A stretch of 64,000 bases of DNA from an uncultured Chloroflexia bacterium (GCA_963814375.1 CAWFCQ010000003.1:1-64000), one strand, 5' to 3'; counted from the first letter of the stretch, positions 32,658-42,876 are shown. Made by a program: numbers and translations. The notes: generated by a model not told the origin, from the letters alone.

Positions 32658-33853
32658 CGGGCGGCCCCGACCAGCTCGCCGGTGCGCTCGAGCTTCGCCA
32701 GCGACTCGCCGATGCGCTCCAGCGCTGCCGCCAGGTTCTCGCGCGAGTTCGCGTAGCTGAAGCGCAGGTGCCCCTCGCCGTGCGCGCCGAAGGCGGTGCC
32801 CGAGAGGCCGCAGACACCCGCGTCGTAGAGGAGGTGGTCGGCGATCTCGTTCGAGGAACGCCCGAACGAGGTGACGTTCGGGAAGGTGTAGAAGGCGCCG
32901 TGCGGCATGACGCAGCTGACGCCCGGGATGGCATTCAACCCGTCGACCATGAGCTGGCGCCGCGCGATGAACTCGGTGCGCATGGCGTTGGCATCGTCCT
33001 GCGGTCCGGCCAGCGCCTCGATCGCGCCGTACTGGGCGAAGGCGTTGGTGCACGAGACGGAGTTGATGACGAGCGCGCTGAAGGCCGGCGCCAGCCAGTC
33101 GGGCACGATCCCGTAGCCCAGCCGCCACCCGGTCATCGCGAAGGTCTTGCTGAAGCCGTCGAGCGTGATCGTGCGCTCCGCCATGCCCGGCAGCGTCGCG
33201 ATCGAGAGCGGCTCGCCGGTGTACTGGAGGCGGCCGTAGATCTCATCGGCCAGGACGACGAGGTCGTGCTCAACGGCAAGCTCAGCCAGGCGGCGGATGT
33301 CGGCATCGGTCAGGATCGCGCCGGTCGGGTTGTGAGGCGAGTTGAAGACGAGCAGTTTCGTGCGCGGCGTGATGAGCGACTCGACCTCGTCGAGGTCCAT
33401 GCGGAAGTCGTTCGCCTCGCGCAGCGGCGCCGCTACCGGGTTGCCGCCGGCGTACCGGGCCATCGACTCGTAGATCGGGAAACCGGGGTTGGGATAGATG
33501 ACCTCGTCGCCGTCCTCGATCAGCGCGAGCATGGCGTAGAACATGATCGGCTTGGCGCCCGGCGTCACGACGACCTGCTCGGGCCTCGTCGCGATCCCCT
33601 TCCAGCGCGCCACTTCCTCGACGATCGCCTCGCGCAGCGGCTGAATCCCGATGGGCGCGGTGTAGTGCGTCTGGGCGTCGTCGAGCAGTGCGCGGGCGGC
33701 GGCCTCGGAGACGTTGCGCGGCGTGTCGAAGTCCGGCTCGCCGATCTCGAGGTGGATGACGTCGCGGCCGGTCGCCTCCAGGGCGCGCGCCCTCGCCGCC
33801 GCCTCGAAGGCGGTCTCGGTCCCGATCCGGCCCATGCGGCTCGCCAGCTTCAC
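32654..33853 (-). CDS. PLP-dependent aminotransferase class I/II (aspartate aminotransferase-like)
   Basis: [18 protein letters not shown] and [15 protein letters not shown]; AAGGAG RBS. Confidence 0.92.
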   Translation of the reverse strand: MKLASRMGRIGTETAFEAAARARALEATGRDVIHLEIGEPDFDTPRNVSEAAARALLDDAQTHYTAPIGIQPLREAIVEEVARWKGIATRPEQVVVTPGAKPIMFYAMLALIEDGDEVIYPNPGFPIYESMARYAGGNPVAAPLREANDFRMDLDEVESLITPRTKLLVFNSPHNPTGAILTDADIRRLAELAVEHDLVVLADEIYGRLQYTGEPLSIATLPGMAERTITLDGFSKTFAMTGWRLGYGIVPDWLAPAFSALVINSVSCTNAFAQYGAIEALAGPQDDANAMRTEFIARRQLMVDGLNAIPGVSCVMPHGAFYTFPNVTSFGRSSNEIADHLLYDAGVCGLSGTAFGAHGEGHLRFSYANSRENLAAALERIGESLAKLERTGELVGAAR

Positions 33854-34018
33854 CCGCGTCTCCTTCGCTGCAACGTCCGCCAGTCTAGCGTCGCGGGTCG
33901 GCCTGCCGGCGACCGCCGATCGTCCGCTTGCCGCCGCTCGCACGCTGCTTGCTATACTTTCCAGAGCGAAACCCAGCACCGATGCGCCGCGGGCGCCCAT
34001 CAGGAGACAACAATCGCC

Positions 34019-34444
34019 ATGACGATGTCCGAGACTCCTCGCGAGCCGATCTCGCTGACCGGCGGCGCACCGACGGGTGGGCTGCTCGTATCGGTCACCG
34101 AGGCTGCCGCGAAAAAGGTGATCGAGCTCCGCACCCGCGAGGGCAAGGCCGATGCGAACCTCCGCCTCTTCGTCAAGAGCGGTGGCTGCTCCGGCTTCAG
34201 CTACGGCCTCGCCTTCGACGACAAGCTCAACGAGGGCGACAAGCTCGAGGATCACGCCGGCGTGCCGATCGTGATCGACCAGTTCAGCCAGCAGTACGTC
34301 GACGGCGCCGAGATCGACTACGTCGACTCGCTCATGGGCTCCGGCTTCGCCATCAACAACCCGAACGCCGTGAGCAGCTGCTCCTGCGGCTCTTCGTTCA
34401 ACACCGATGGCTCCCCCTCCAAGGCCGGCGGCTGCGCCCACTGA
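34019..34444 (+). CDS. A-type Fe-S carrier (HesB/IscA/ErpA family)
   Basis: GGCSGFSY and NPNAVSSCSCGSSF. Confidence 0.93.
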   Translation: MTMSETPREPISLTGGAPTGGLLVSVTEAAAKKVIELRTREGKADANLRLFVKSGGCSGFSYGLAFDDKLNEGDKLEDHAGVPIVIDQFSQQYVDGAEIDYVDSLMGSGFAINNPNAVSSCSCGSSFNTDGSPSKAGGCAH

Positions 34445-34465
34445 CCCTCTGACCCACACACCGAT

Positions 34466-34493
34466 GAGCCCCGGCCACGCGCCGGGGCTTTTC
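34466..34493 (+). terminator. Intrinsic terminator
   Basis: agccccggc-cacgc-gccggggct hairpin followed by a T run. Confidence 0.8.
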
Positions 34494-34502
34494 GTTGCCG
34501 CT

Positions 34503-34800
34503 CGCGACGTATCGCGGGATTTTCACCTGAAGGCTCATCCAGGTTGCGTTCCCGCGATGGATCGCGGCCCGGCACGCACGAAGCGCACCCCGAGGTGCTG
34601 CTCAGGCTCAGCGGCCCGCGATAGATCGCGATATCCGCACCTCCCGGGCTCCTCTGGTGAAGTCTTCGCGATGCATCGCGATCCGACCGATAGATCGGAC
34701 ACGACTTCACGTGAAGCGTCCCTCGCGTGACGTTCCGACCGATATGTGAATCGATTCGCACGCGAGCGAGCTTCGTGTGAAGTTTCGACCGATATATCGA
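34503..34800. repeat. Array of CGATnnATCG-type palindromes
   Basis: cgcga(t/c)nnatcgcg at 34503, 34553, 34617 and 34667; cgaccgata-type copies with cores at 34688, 34740 and 34790. Confidence 0.75.
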
Positions 34801-34830
34801 CACGAACCACGGCGGCGGTAACATGCTCCA

Positions 34831-35559
34831 GTGAGTAGCACGTTTCCTCAGGACGCTGAGCCGTCCTCGGCCGAGTCGCTGCGACGGTCGTTCGCGACGG
34901 CGTGGGGCGAGATCGGCGCCGCGTGGGGCGTGGCCCCCTCGACCGCAACGGTCCAGGGCTACCTGCTCGTCTCGGACGGGCCGCTGTCCGAGCCCGAGGT
35001 GCGGCGCGCGCTGGGGATGAGCCACCGGGCGGCGAGCATGGCGCTGACGCAGTGCGAGCAATGGGGCCTCGTCGAGCGCGCCACCGTGCCACGCCGATCC
35101 GGACAGCGCGGACCGGCCGCAACGGCCTGGCGCGTGGTCGACGATCACTGGGAGTGGTTCCGCCGGGTCGCATCGGCGCGCAAGGAGCGCGAGACCGACC
35201 CGGTGCTGCCGGTCATCGCCCGATGCGTCGACCAGGCCCGCGAAGGCGCCGCACAGGACCCGGAGCTGGAGCAGCTCGGTGACCGCTTCGCCAACCTGCT
35301 CGAGTTCGTCCGTCGCTTCGACCGTGGCGTCGAGATCTTCGTGCGGGGCGATGCCCGCGCCATCGAGGGAGTCTTCGCGGCGCTGGCGGCGCTCGATGAC
35401 GAGACGGTTGACCGCCTCTGGCGCTTGGTGGGCGAGCTCGGGCCGGACGACACTGTGCGCGCGGTCGAGTCGCTCGCGACGCTGTCGCCGGCGGCGGCAC
35501 GCCGGCTCATCGGTCTGGCCGATCAGCCGGTGCTGCGCAAGCTGGTCGGGCTGGGTTAG
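34831..35559 (+). CDS. GbsR-type MarR-family regulator with a C-terminal extension
   Basis: FATAWGEIGAAWGV, GYLLVSDGPLS and SMALTQCEQWGLV; TAACAT 6 nt before the GTG. Confidence 0.75.
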   Translation: MSSTFPQDAEPSSAESLRRSFATAWGEIGAAWGVAPSTATVQGYLLVSDGPLSEPEVRRALGMSHRAASMALTQCEQWGLVERATVPRRSGQRGPAATAWRVVDDHWEWFRRVASARKERETDPVLPVIARCVDQAREGAAQDPELEQLGDRFANLLEFVRRFDRGVEIFVRGDARAIEGVFAALAALDDETVDRLWRLVGELGPDDTVRAVESLATLSPAAARRLIGLADQPVLRKLVGLG

Positions 35560-35563
35560 GCGG

Positions 35564-37012
35564 CTACTCGCCCGAACCGTCGTCCTCGAAGACCGATGCG
35601 CCCGCGGTGACCGCGGCGTGCTCTCCACCGCCAAGCGCCGCCGGCAGCGGCCGCGGGACCGGCACCAAAGCCACATGGCGCTCGACCACCTCGCGCGTGC
35701 CGGCGATGCCGAGGGCGTCGAAGAGGAGCCCGAACTTGGTGCGGAGGTTCGCGCCGATCTCATCGGCGGCTGATGTCGGGAGCGACCAGAGCTGGCGCTT
35801 GAACGGCCCGATCGCCTTCTTGCGCGTCTTGTACAGGAACTGCTCGTCGGTCTCGCCGTCCTTGCGCTCGTCGGCGCAGTTGGCGTCGCACCAGGCCATC
35901 ATCTCGGCCCGCAGATCGGCCGGGAGTCCTCCACCGTCGTAGAGGATGTTCTGGAAGCCGGTGGCGAGGTGGATCTCGGCGGTGCCGGCGGCCGGGAAGT
36001 TCCCGAACGCCTCCTCCGGCAGGGTCGAGGCGCCGTGCTGGACGCAGCCGGCCATGCCGTACTCGTCGCGCGCCACGGTCGAAAGGCGGCGCAGCGTGTC
36101 GAAGTCGATGCTCACTTCCGCCACCGAGCCGTCCGGCAGGACCACGCCACCGTGCGACGTGCCTGTCTGGACGCTCACCTTGCTGACCGGCTCGGCGTGG
36201 CCGCACAGCGCGAGGTAGCCGTCGAGGTAGGCGCGCAGCTCCTCTTCGGTCGAGTTCGACTTGCCGACCTCGCCGATCTCGCCGCCGATGCTGATCGTGA
36301 CGCCGTCGGGCTGGAGCGAGCGCACCAGGCGCGTCAGCTCGGCCGTGTTCTCGGCGTTGACCTGCTGCTGCTCGGCGACGGTCGGCTGCGACAGGTCCAC
36401 CAGCGTCGACGAATCGATGTCGATGTTCAGGAAGCCGGCGCCCACCGCTTCCCGGGTGAGGTCGCGCAGACCCTCGAGCTCACCGTCGGGATCGGTCGCC
36501 CACTTGGTGGCGTTGAACTGGAAGTGGTCGCCCTGGAGGAAGACAGGCGTGCGCCAGCCGCTGCGCAGGGCGGCAGCCAGGACGACCGCCGTGTACTCCG
36601 CCGGCCGCTGGTCGGTGTAGGCCATCTCGCTCTTGGCGATCTCGAAGATGACCGCCCCGGCGTCGCGCTCGAGCGCCGCGGCGAACGCCTGGCGCGCGGT
36701 CAGGTAGGTCGCGGCGCGGACGTTGATGGCGGGCACGGTGAAGGCATCGGCCGGCACCTCGCCGCGTCCGCGCGCGCGGTACAGCTCGTGGATCGAGGCG
36801 GACCCACAGCCGAGCGCCTGCGATGCGCTCCAGATCACCCATCGAGCCGCTTCGCGCAGCGACGCATCGGCGTTGAAGACGGCCTCGAAGACGATCTCGT
36901 CGATGAGCTCACCCCGGAGCGCAGCCTCGTCATGCACGTCAAGGCCGTCGTCACGGATGGAGGCCACACCGCTCAGGCGCTCGCGAAGGTCATCGGCGCT
37001 GGAGAAGGTCAC
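35564..37012 (-). CDS. Class II fructose-bisphosphate aldolase (long form)
   Basis: TVPAIN, QGDHFQ, GGEIGEVG, GTSHGG and VQHGASTLP. Confidence 0.85.
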   Translation of the reverse strand: MTFSSADDLRERLSGVASIRDDGLDVHDEAALRGELIDEIVFEAVFNADASLREAARWVIWSASQALGCGSASIHELYRARGRGEVPADAFTVPAINVRAATYLTARQAFAAALERDAGAVIFEIAKSEMAYTDQRPAEYTAVVLAAALRSGWRTPVFLQGDHFQFNATKWATDPDGELEGLRDLTREAVGAGFLNIDIDSSTLVDLSQPTVAEQQQVNAENTAELTRLVRSLQPDGVTISIGGEIGEVGKSNSTEEELRAYLDGYLALCGHAEPVSKVSVQTGTSHGGVVLPDGSVAEVSIDFDTLRRLSTVARDEYGMAGCVQHGASTLPEEAFGNFPAAGTAEIHLATGFQNILYDGGGLPADLRAEMMAWCDANCADERKDGETDEQFLYKTRKKAIGPFKRQLWSLPTSAADEIGANLRTKFGLLFDALGIAGTREVVERHVALVPVPRPLPAALGGGEHAAVTAGASVFEDDGSGE

Positions 37013-37021
37013 CCGGCCATC

Positions 37022-37360
37022 CTACCGAAGGGCCGATGCGAGCGTGAAGGCCAGCAGGGGAGCCACGAGCAGCCCGAGCCCCGCCGCAAGCAGATACCAG
37101 TCGCGCGCCGCGCGCGCATCGGCGACGCCGCGTCGCTGGAGCGAAACGGTCCACCAACGAACCGCCGACAGGCCGATGACGTAGAGCACCGCTGCCAGGA
37201 CCACGACGCCGATGACGAACGGCCGCACGTCGGCGCAGTCGCCGAAGGCGAGCGGTCCCCCATCCGGGCAGGAAGCGGCGAGCTCGAGAGCGACGACGAG
37301 CCCGGCGAGCGCCAGGACGACGGCGCACCAGGCGAGGTGGACCGCGAGCGATCGGCTCAG
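37022..37360 (-). CDS. Hypothetical three-TM membrane protein (CTG start inferred)
   Basis: Hydrophobic helices with a CPDGGPLAFGDC loop; overlaps the upstream stop. Confidence 0.6.
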   Translation of the reverse strand: MSRSLAVHLAWCAVVLALAGLVVALELAASCPDGGPLAFGDCADVRPFVIGVVVLAAVLYVIGLSAVRWWTVSLQRRGVADARAARDWYLLAAGLGLLVAPLLAFTLASALR

Positions 37361-37941
37361 CGGCGGGCGAGCTCGGTGCTGCGGCGCTCGGCCTCGACGG
37401 CCTCGCGCTGGGTGATGCGCTTGTACTCGTAGTACAGGTAGACGCATGCGAGGGCCCCAAGGCCGGCGGCCATCACGCCGAAGGCGATCGCCTGAAGCGG
37501 GAAGCGCGGCGGCCAGAAGGAGCCGCCCGCCAGGTTGAAGGCCATGATCGGGATGATGATCAGGACGGCGAGCAGGTAGTTGAGCCCGGTGAAGATCCGG
37601 ATCGTCGACCAGCCGAAACCCCGACGGCCGCGCGCGGCCTGGGCCAGCAGCCCGAGGATGATGATCAGCGCGAAGTTCGTCATGCCGACCCCGTTGGCGA
37701 TGAGGAAGCCGACGTCCTCGCTGAAGCGCAGGAACGGGATCTCGACCGTGACGAGGTAGTACACGTAGTTGGCGATATAGAAGACGATGAAGTAGATGAA
37801 CAGGAACAGCGGCACGCCCTTGAGCACCGCCACCAGCCACGTCTCGTAGCCGTACAGCAGCCAGTTCATGAAGTCGTCAGCCCAGCCGAGGAGACGGTTG
37901 AGACCGCCCTTGGGCCGATAGGTCGGATACGAGGTCGTCAT
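37357..37941 (-). CDS. Hypothetical four-TM membrane protein downstream of the bc operon
   Basis: 194 aa, four hydrophobic segments, strong GC3 bias; 25 nt downstream of the cytochrome c gene. Confidence 0.75.
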   Translation of the reverse strand: MTTSYPTYRPKGGLNRLLGWADDFMNWLLYGYETWLVAVLKGVPLFLFIYFIVFYIANYVYYLVTVEIPFLRFSEDVGFLIANGVGMTNFALIIILGLLAQAARGRRGFGWSTIRIFTGLNYLLAVLIIIPIMAFNLAGGSFWPPRFPLQAIAFGVMAAGLGALACVYLYYEYKRITQREAVEAERRSTELARR

Positions 37942-37966
37942 CGATCTGGGCTCACTAGGTTTGGGC

Positions 37967-38770
37967 TCACTCGGTCTGGGCCAGGAGGAACGTGATCAGG
38001 GCTGCCATCTGGCTCTCGCTGATGACGTCCTCGGGATGGGGCGGCATGCCGGTCGGCTCGCCGTCGTTGTAGTTGCCAGCCGAGTCGCGGATCCACAGCT
38101 CCAGGAAGTTCGCCGGATCCTCCTCGTAGTCCGCGATCATCTGGTCCAGGCCGGATGGCTCGATCTCGAGATCGGTGATGAGGTTCGAGCCGATGGTCTG
38201 GAGGTTCGGCCCGACGCCGCCCTCCAGCTCCGCGCCGTGGCAGCCACCGCAGCCGACCGCCGCGTAGACCTCCTGCCCGGCCTCGACCGTGTTCTCCACC
38301 TCCGCGGGCGCCTCTTCGCCGGCCTCCACCGCCCAGCCCTCGACGAGCGCGACGACGGCATCGATCTGCTGCTCGTTCAGCGGGCCGCCGACCTCGGCCG
38401 CCCAAGCCGGCATCGGCGAGTTGACGTTGCCCGAGACGACCACGCCGCCGTAGCTGACGGCCAGGTTGACGTAGTTCGAGTTGACCCGCAGCTTGTTGGC
38501 CAGCGACGTGGTGTGCAGCGACGGGGCTTGGCGGCCGTCCGGATCGTTCGGGATCGCCCCACCCTCGCCCTCGGGGCCGTGACAGCGCGCGCACCCCGCG
38601 GCGGCCGGCTGGGTGTCATCGTCGCTGAAGACCACCTCGCCGTATTCGAGCAGCTCCTCGTCGTGCGCGGTAGCGATCTGCTCACGCCGCGCGTTGTCGG
38701 TGATCCAGTACATCATCGTCCACGCCGAAAGCGCGATCAGCAGGACGACGCCGAGCGACTTCAGGCGCAT
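37967..38770 (-). CDS. Membrane-anchored diheme cytochrome c
   Basis: N-terminal TM; CARCH and CGGCH; probable Met ligands in SPMPAW and TGMPP. Confidence 0.9.
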   Translation of the reverse strand: MRLKSLGVVLLIALSAWTMMYWITDNARREQIATAHDEELLEYGEVVFSDDDTQPAAAGCARCHGPEGEGGAIPNDPDGRQAPSLHTTSLANKLRVNSNYVNLAVSYGGVVVSGNVNSPMPAWAAEVGGPLNEQQIDAVVALVEGWAVEAGEEAPAEVENTVEAGQEVYAAVGCGGCHGAELEGGVGPNLQTIGSNLITDLEIEPSGLDQMIADYEEDPANFLELWIRDSAGNYNDGEPTGMPPHPEDVISESQMAALITFLLAQTE

Positions 38771-38774
38771 CGCA

Positions 38775-39431
38775 TCAGCCCGTGCAATGCTCCATGTCGG
38801 TCGGCACGCGCTGGTCGAAGGTGATGGTCCCGGGCGGCGGGCCGTTGAGCACCTCCGCGGTGTTGATGGTGTAGACGCCGTCCACGACGGTCACCGGGAA
38901 CCGGTCCATCCCGCGCGGGGCGGGCCCATCGCGCTTCTCGCCGAGCACCGTGTATTTCGAGCCGTGGCAGAGGCACTCGAACCACTGGCTGGCCTGGCAC
39001 ACCTGTGGGACCTGGCAGCCGAGGTGGGGGCACTTGCGATAGAGCGCCAACACCGAGCGGTCCTCCGGCGCAAGCTCGTCGCTCACTTCCGCGCCGGGAT
39101 CGGGAACCGGCTCCGCCACCGTCCCGTCGCCGTCGACCCGGGCCTTTGCCGCCGGCACGTTGACGAAGAAGAAGTTGGCCTGGTTGTAGATGTAGGGCAG
39201 GCCATTGGCCCACTCCGGGGCGAGGGTGTTGATGTCCTCCGCGGTGCCGAGCGAAATCTCGGCACCGAGCCCCTCGCTGAGGTTGGGCCAGAGAAATGCG
39301 AGCGTGGCGCCGACGAACTCGAGGGTCAGCACGCCCATCCCCACGCCGAGCATGCGACGCATGAAGGTGCGGCGGCTGATCTCGCCGTCACGGGGTCCGT
39401 GGACCGGTCCGTAGGAGGCGTGCTGGGTCAT
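38775..39431 (-). CDS. Rieske iron-sulfur subunit (QcrA/PetC-like)
   Basis: Tat anchor SRRTFM plus TM; CPHLGC and CLCHGSKY; GPAPRG. Confidence 0.93.
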   Translation of the reverse strand: MTQHASYGPVHGPRDGEISRRTFMRRMLGVGMGVLTLEFVGATLAFLWPNLSEGLGAEISLGTAEDINTLAPEWANGLPYIYNQANFFFVNVPAAKARVDGDGTVAEPVPDPGAEVSDELAPEDRSVLALYRKCPHLGCQVPQVCQASQWFECLCHGSKYTVLGEKRDGPAPRGMDRFPVTVVDGVYTINTAEVLNGPPPGTITFDQRVPTDMEHCTG

Positions 39432-40054
39432 AGGTTGAAGAACAGTCCGTCCCACGGCCAGACCCAGCTCCAGCCGGGGCCGCGGAAGAAGGAGCCGATG
39501 AACGTCGTGATCAGCCCGCCGATCATCAGGCTCAGGAAGACGACCCACATCAGCTTGCGGTCACGGGCCGCCTTGTAGGGCGAGCGATCCAGGTACGGGA
39601 TGAGGATCAGGCCGCCGAGGTAGACGGGGATGATGAGCACGCCGGCCACGGTGGCGTTGAAGTAGCTCAGGATCTCCTGAAGGCCAAGGAAGTACCACGG
39701 CGCCTTGGCGACATGAGGCGTGACGGCCGGGTTGGCCATCTCCTCCAGCGGCGCCCGGATGAAGACGCTCGTGATCACGAGCAGCGCCATGATCAGGGCG
39801 GCCATTACGAACTCGGCGCGAAGCAGGTGCGGCCAGGTCAGCACGGTCTCGTCCGGGCGCTTGTCGACGCGGACCATCGACTCCTGCTTCACGTAGGCGA
39901 GGAGGCGGAAGCGCTCGGTGCCTGGCACGCCCGGAGGCCCGGGCAGCTTCGGCCCTCCCGGAGCCACGGCCGGCGCGGCGATCGGCGCACGCTCCGGCGC
40001 CTGCGTCGGGGCGTTCTTGTCGGCGGTCGCGTTCGGTCGCTTCTCGATCGTCAT
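39428..40054 (-). CDS. Cytochrome b6 subunit IV-like (C-terminal half of a split cytochrome b)
   Basis: TWPHLL, APLEEMANP, KAPWYFLGLQE (PEWY-equivalent loop) and IPYLDR; three TMs. Confidence 0.9.
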   Translation of the reverse strand: MTIEKRPNATADKNAPTQAPERAPIAAPAVAPGGPKLPGPPGVPGTERFRLLAYVKQESMVRVDKRPDETVLTWPHLLRAEFVMAALIMALLVITSVFIRAPLEEMANPAVTPHVAKAPWYFLGLQEILSYFNATVAGVLIIPVYLGGLILIPYLDRSPYKAARDRKLMWVVFLSLMIGGLITTFIGSFFRGPGWSWVWPWDGLFFNL

Positions 40055-40070
40055 CGGTCGCTCCTGCAGC

Positions 40071-40805
40071 CTACACCGGCCCGCTGATCCCGCCGTCCTT
40101 GCGGATCCGCCAGAAGTGGACCACCAGGAACAGGGCGGTGACGAGCGGGAAGAAGATCACGTGGGCGACATAGAAGCGCAGCAGCGTCCCCTGTCCCACG
40201 GCGATCCCGCCAAGGAGGAAGAAGGCCGACTCGTCGGCGGCGAGCGGCGCGTAGGTCGCCATCTGGGTGCCGACGGTGATGGCCCAGAACGCGATCTGGT
40301 CCCACGGCAGCAGGTAGCCGGTGAAGCTGAGCGCCAGGGTGAAGAAGAGCAGCAAAACGCCGACGACCCAATTGAACTCGCGCGGCGGCTTGTAGGCGCC
40401 GTGGTAGAAGACGCGGATCATGTGGAGGAAGACGGTGAGCACCATGAGGTGCGCCGCCCAGCGATGCATGTTGCGGGTGAAGTCGCCGAACGCGATGGAT
40501 GCGCTGATAGCCTGGATGTCCTGGTAGGCGCGGCTCACCGACGGGACATAGAAGAACATCAGGTAGAGGCCGGTGACGGTCAGCGCCAGGAACAGGAAGA
40601 AGCTGATCCCGCCCAGGCAGAACGTGTAGGTGTATCGCACGGCGTGGCGCTTCACGCGCACCGGGTGGAGGTGGAGGAAGACGTTGTTCATCACCGCCAG
40701 CGCGCGGGTGCGGCTGGTGTGCGGGTAGGGCTGGCGGAAGACGCTGCGCCAGGCCGCGGTCTCGGTGACCCAGCGCACGACCGGGTTGCGGTCGCCGTTG
40801 CTCAT
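40071..40805 (-). CDS. Cytochrome b6-type subunit (N-terminal half of a split cytochrome b)
   Basis: [17 protein letters not shown]...[22 protein letters not shown] and RFYVAHV...VHFWRIRK. Confidence 0.93.
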   Translation of the reverse strand: MSNGDRNPVVRWVTETAAWRSVFRQPYPHTSRTRALAVMNNVFLHLHPVRVKRHAVRYTYTFCLGGISFFLFLALTVTGLYLMFFYVPSVSRAYQDIQAISASIAFGDFTRNMHRWAAHLMVLTVFLHMIRVFYHGAYKPPREFNWVVGVLLLFFTLALSFTGYLLPWDQIAFWAITVGTQMATYAPLAADESAFFLLGGIAVGQGTLLRFYVAHVIFFPLVTALFLVVHFWRIRKDGGISGPV

Positions 40806-42775
40806 CGGTTCACCGTCACACCGGCCTGCTGGCCGACCTGTCCGAGCACGTTGTCCTTGTAGCTCTCCAAGAGCACCTTCCCGTCAGGCGTGAACCGCTC
40901 GAGCTCGAGCCGGTCCATGGTGATGCAGTTGGTCGGACACCGTTCGACGCAGAGGTTGCAGCGGATGCAGCGCTCCTCGTCGATGATCATGGCGATACCG
41001 CGCGGCCACGCCTGGAAGAAGTCCTGCTCCGGGTCGTCGCCGCCGACCTGCGCCTTGTCGATCATGTAGATCACGCCCTCGGGGCAGACGTCGGCGCAGA
41101 GCCCGCACAGGATACAGCGGGGCCCGTCGATGTTGATGTTGTGGTTGCACTGGAGGCAGCGGCTACCCTCGTCGATCGCGCTGCGGGTGTCGTAGCCGAC
41201 TTCCACCAGCGACGTGAAGTCGCGCCGCAGCTCCGGCGGCGCCATCGGGATCTCCTGCCGATGGGTCGCCTCGTAGAAGCGCGGCATGTCGTGCTCGAGG
41301 CTCTGGGTGATGACCGCACGGTTGATGACCGGCAGCTCCTCGAGCTCCTCGCCGCGGAGCCCCGCCAGCCAACGGTCCACGGCTCGCGCCGCGCGACGCC
41401 CGAGCCCGGCCGCCTCGATGATCGTGGCCGGCCCGGTGACGAAGTCGCCGACCGCGAAGACGCCATCGTTGCTCGTTCCGAAGGTATCCGCGTTGATGAC
41501 CACGTTGCCGCGGTTGAAGTCGAAGGCCAGGTTGTTCATCGGCATGCCGCGGGCGTCCGTCGGCGTGCTGCCGTTCAGCGGCGCGGTGCGCCAGGAGCTC
41601 AGGGAACCGCCCTCGACCACGGTGCGCGTGTCGGTCACGCCCACGTGCCGGTTGAGCTGCGCGCCGAACTCGCCGAGGACGTTGTTGTCCGACGCCTGGC
41701 TGGTGCACGGGATGACCATGTCGCACGGGATGGTGAACTCGCTGCCGGGAATCGGCTCTGCGCTGCGCCGACCGCTGGCATCCGGAGGGCCCAGGCGGGT
41801 GCGCTGGAACGTGATGCCGGTCACGCGGCCGTCCGGGCCGGCCTGGACCTCGACCGGGGAGCTGAAGTACTCGAAGGCGACGCCCTCGAAGCGCGTCTCG
41901 TGCTGCTCCTCCTCGTCCACCACCATCTCGTCCGGGCCGCGGCGGTAGACGATCGTGCTGGTCTTGGCGCCGAGTCTGAGCGCCGTGCGCGACGAGTCCA
42001 TGGCGGTGTAGCCGCCGCCGATGATGACCACGTGCTCGCCGACCCACTGCGGCTGGCCCAGGTTCGCGCGCTTGAGGAAGTCGACGCCGTAGATCACGCC
42101 GTCGAGCTCCTCGCCGGGCACGTTCATCGCCACGGGGTACATGCAGCCGGTCGCGACCACGACCGCGTCGTGACGCTCCTTCAGCTGGTCCAGGGTGATG
42201 TCGCGGCCGATCTCGACGTTGTAGTGGAACTGCACGCCGTGCTTGGCGACCCAGTTGACGTCGAGCTCGATGACGTCACGCGGCAGCCGGAAGGCCGGGA
42301 CGCCGATGAGGGTCGTGCCGCCGCCGGAGGGAAGCGCCTCGTAGACGTGCACTTCGTGACCCCAGCCGCCCAGCTCCTTGGCCGCGGCCAGGCCAGCCGG
42401 GCCGGCTCCGATGACGGCCACGCTGCGACCGGTGGGAGGGGCGACCACGACGTTGTCCGGCATGTTGTTGCTGTAATGCCAGTCGACCAGGAAGCGCTTC
42501 ATGGCGCGGATGGCGAGCGGCTTGTCGATGTCGGCGCGGCGGCAGGCCTTCTCACACGGGGCGGAGCAGACATAGCCGCAGATCGCGGCCACCGGATTCG
42601 GGTCGCGAGCGAGGATGTAGCCCTCCTCGAAGCGACCCTCGGCGGCCAGCATGAGGTAGCCCCGGCAGTTCGTGTTGACCGGGCAGCCTTCCTGGCACTC
42701 GATGTTGCACTGAAGCCAGTCGACGCCGACCTCGGCAGTCTGGAACCTCAGTGGAATCGCGGTATCGCTGATCAC
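40802..42775 (-). CDS. FAD/NAD(P)H oxidoreductase of the GltD/NfnB/DsrL type with a C-terminal 2[4Fe-4S] ferredoxin
   Basis: CQEGCP and [13 protein letters not shown]; GAGPAG; GGGYTAMD...VYRR; FAVGD; [17 protein letters not shown] and [12 protein letters not shown]. Confidence 0.9.
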   Translation of the reverse strand: MISDTAIPLRFQTAEVGVDWLQCNIECQEGCPVNTNCRGYLMLAAEGRFEEGYILARDPNPVAAICGYVCSAPCEKACRRADIDKPLAIRAMKRFLVDWHYSNNMPDNVVVAPPTGRSVAVIGAGPAGLAAAKELGGWGHEVHVYEALPSGGGTTLIGVPAFRLPRDVIELDVNWVAKHGVQFHYNVEIGRDITLDQLKERHDAVVVATGCMYPVAMNVPGEELDGVIYGVDFLKRANLGQPQWVGEHVVIIGGGYTAMDSSRTALRLGAKTSTIVYRRGPDEMVVDEEEQHETRFEGVAFEYFSSPVEVQAGPDGRVTGITFQRTRLGPPDASGRRSAEPIPGSEFTIPCDMVIPCTSQASDNNVLGEFGAQLNRHVGVTDTRTVVEGGSLSSWRTAPLNGSTPTDARGMPMNNLAFDFNRGNVVINADTFGTSNDGVFAVGDFVTGPATIIEAAGLGRRAARAVDRWLAGLRGEELEELPVINRAVITQSLEHDMPRFYEATHRQEIPMAPPELRRDFTSLVEVGYDTRSAIDEGSRCLQCNHNINIDGPRCILCGLCADVCPEGVIYMIDKAQVGGDDPEQDFFQAWPRGIAMIIDEERCIRCNLCVERCPTNCITMDRLELERFTPDGKVLLESYKDNVLGQVGQQAGVTVNR

Positions 42776-42876
42776 GGCGTCGTGGTCGCTCTCCGGGCGT
42801 GGTCAAACCATGGGGCCATAAGGAGCGGCGCCACCGATGCTACCCGTTCCCTCTTGCACGGCGCAAGGAGAACGCC

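Noticed and set aside
34503-34800. CRISPR array or replication origin
   Set aside because: Repeats are only 10-14 bp with uneven spacing, there are no cas genes, and no DnaA boxes or AT-rich unwinding element are visible.
40802-42775. Calling the flavoprotein gltD or dsrL
   Set aside because: No gltB or dsr genes are in the window, and its context is the cytochrome b operon, so no gene symbol was assigned.
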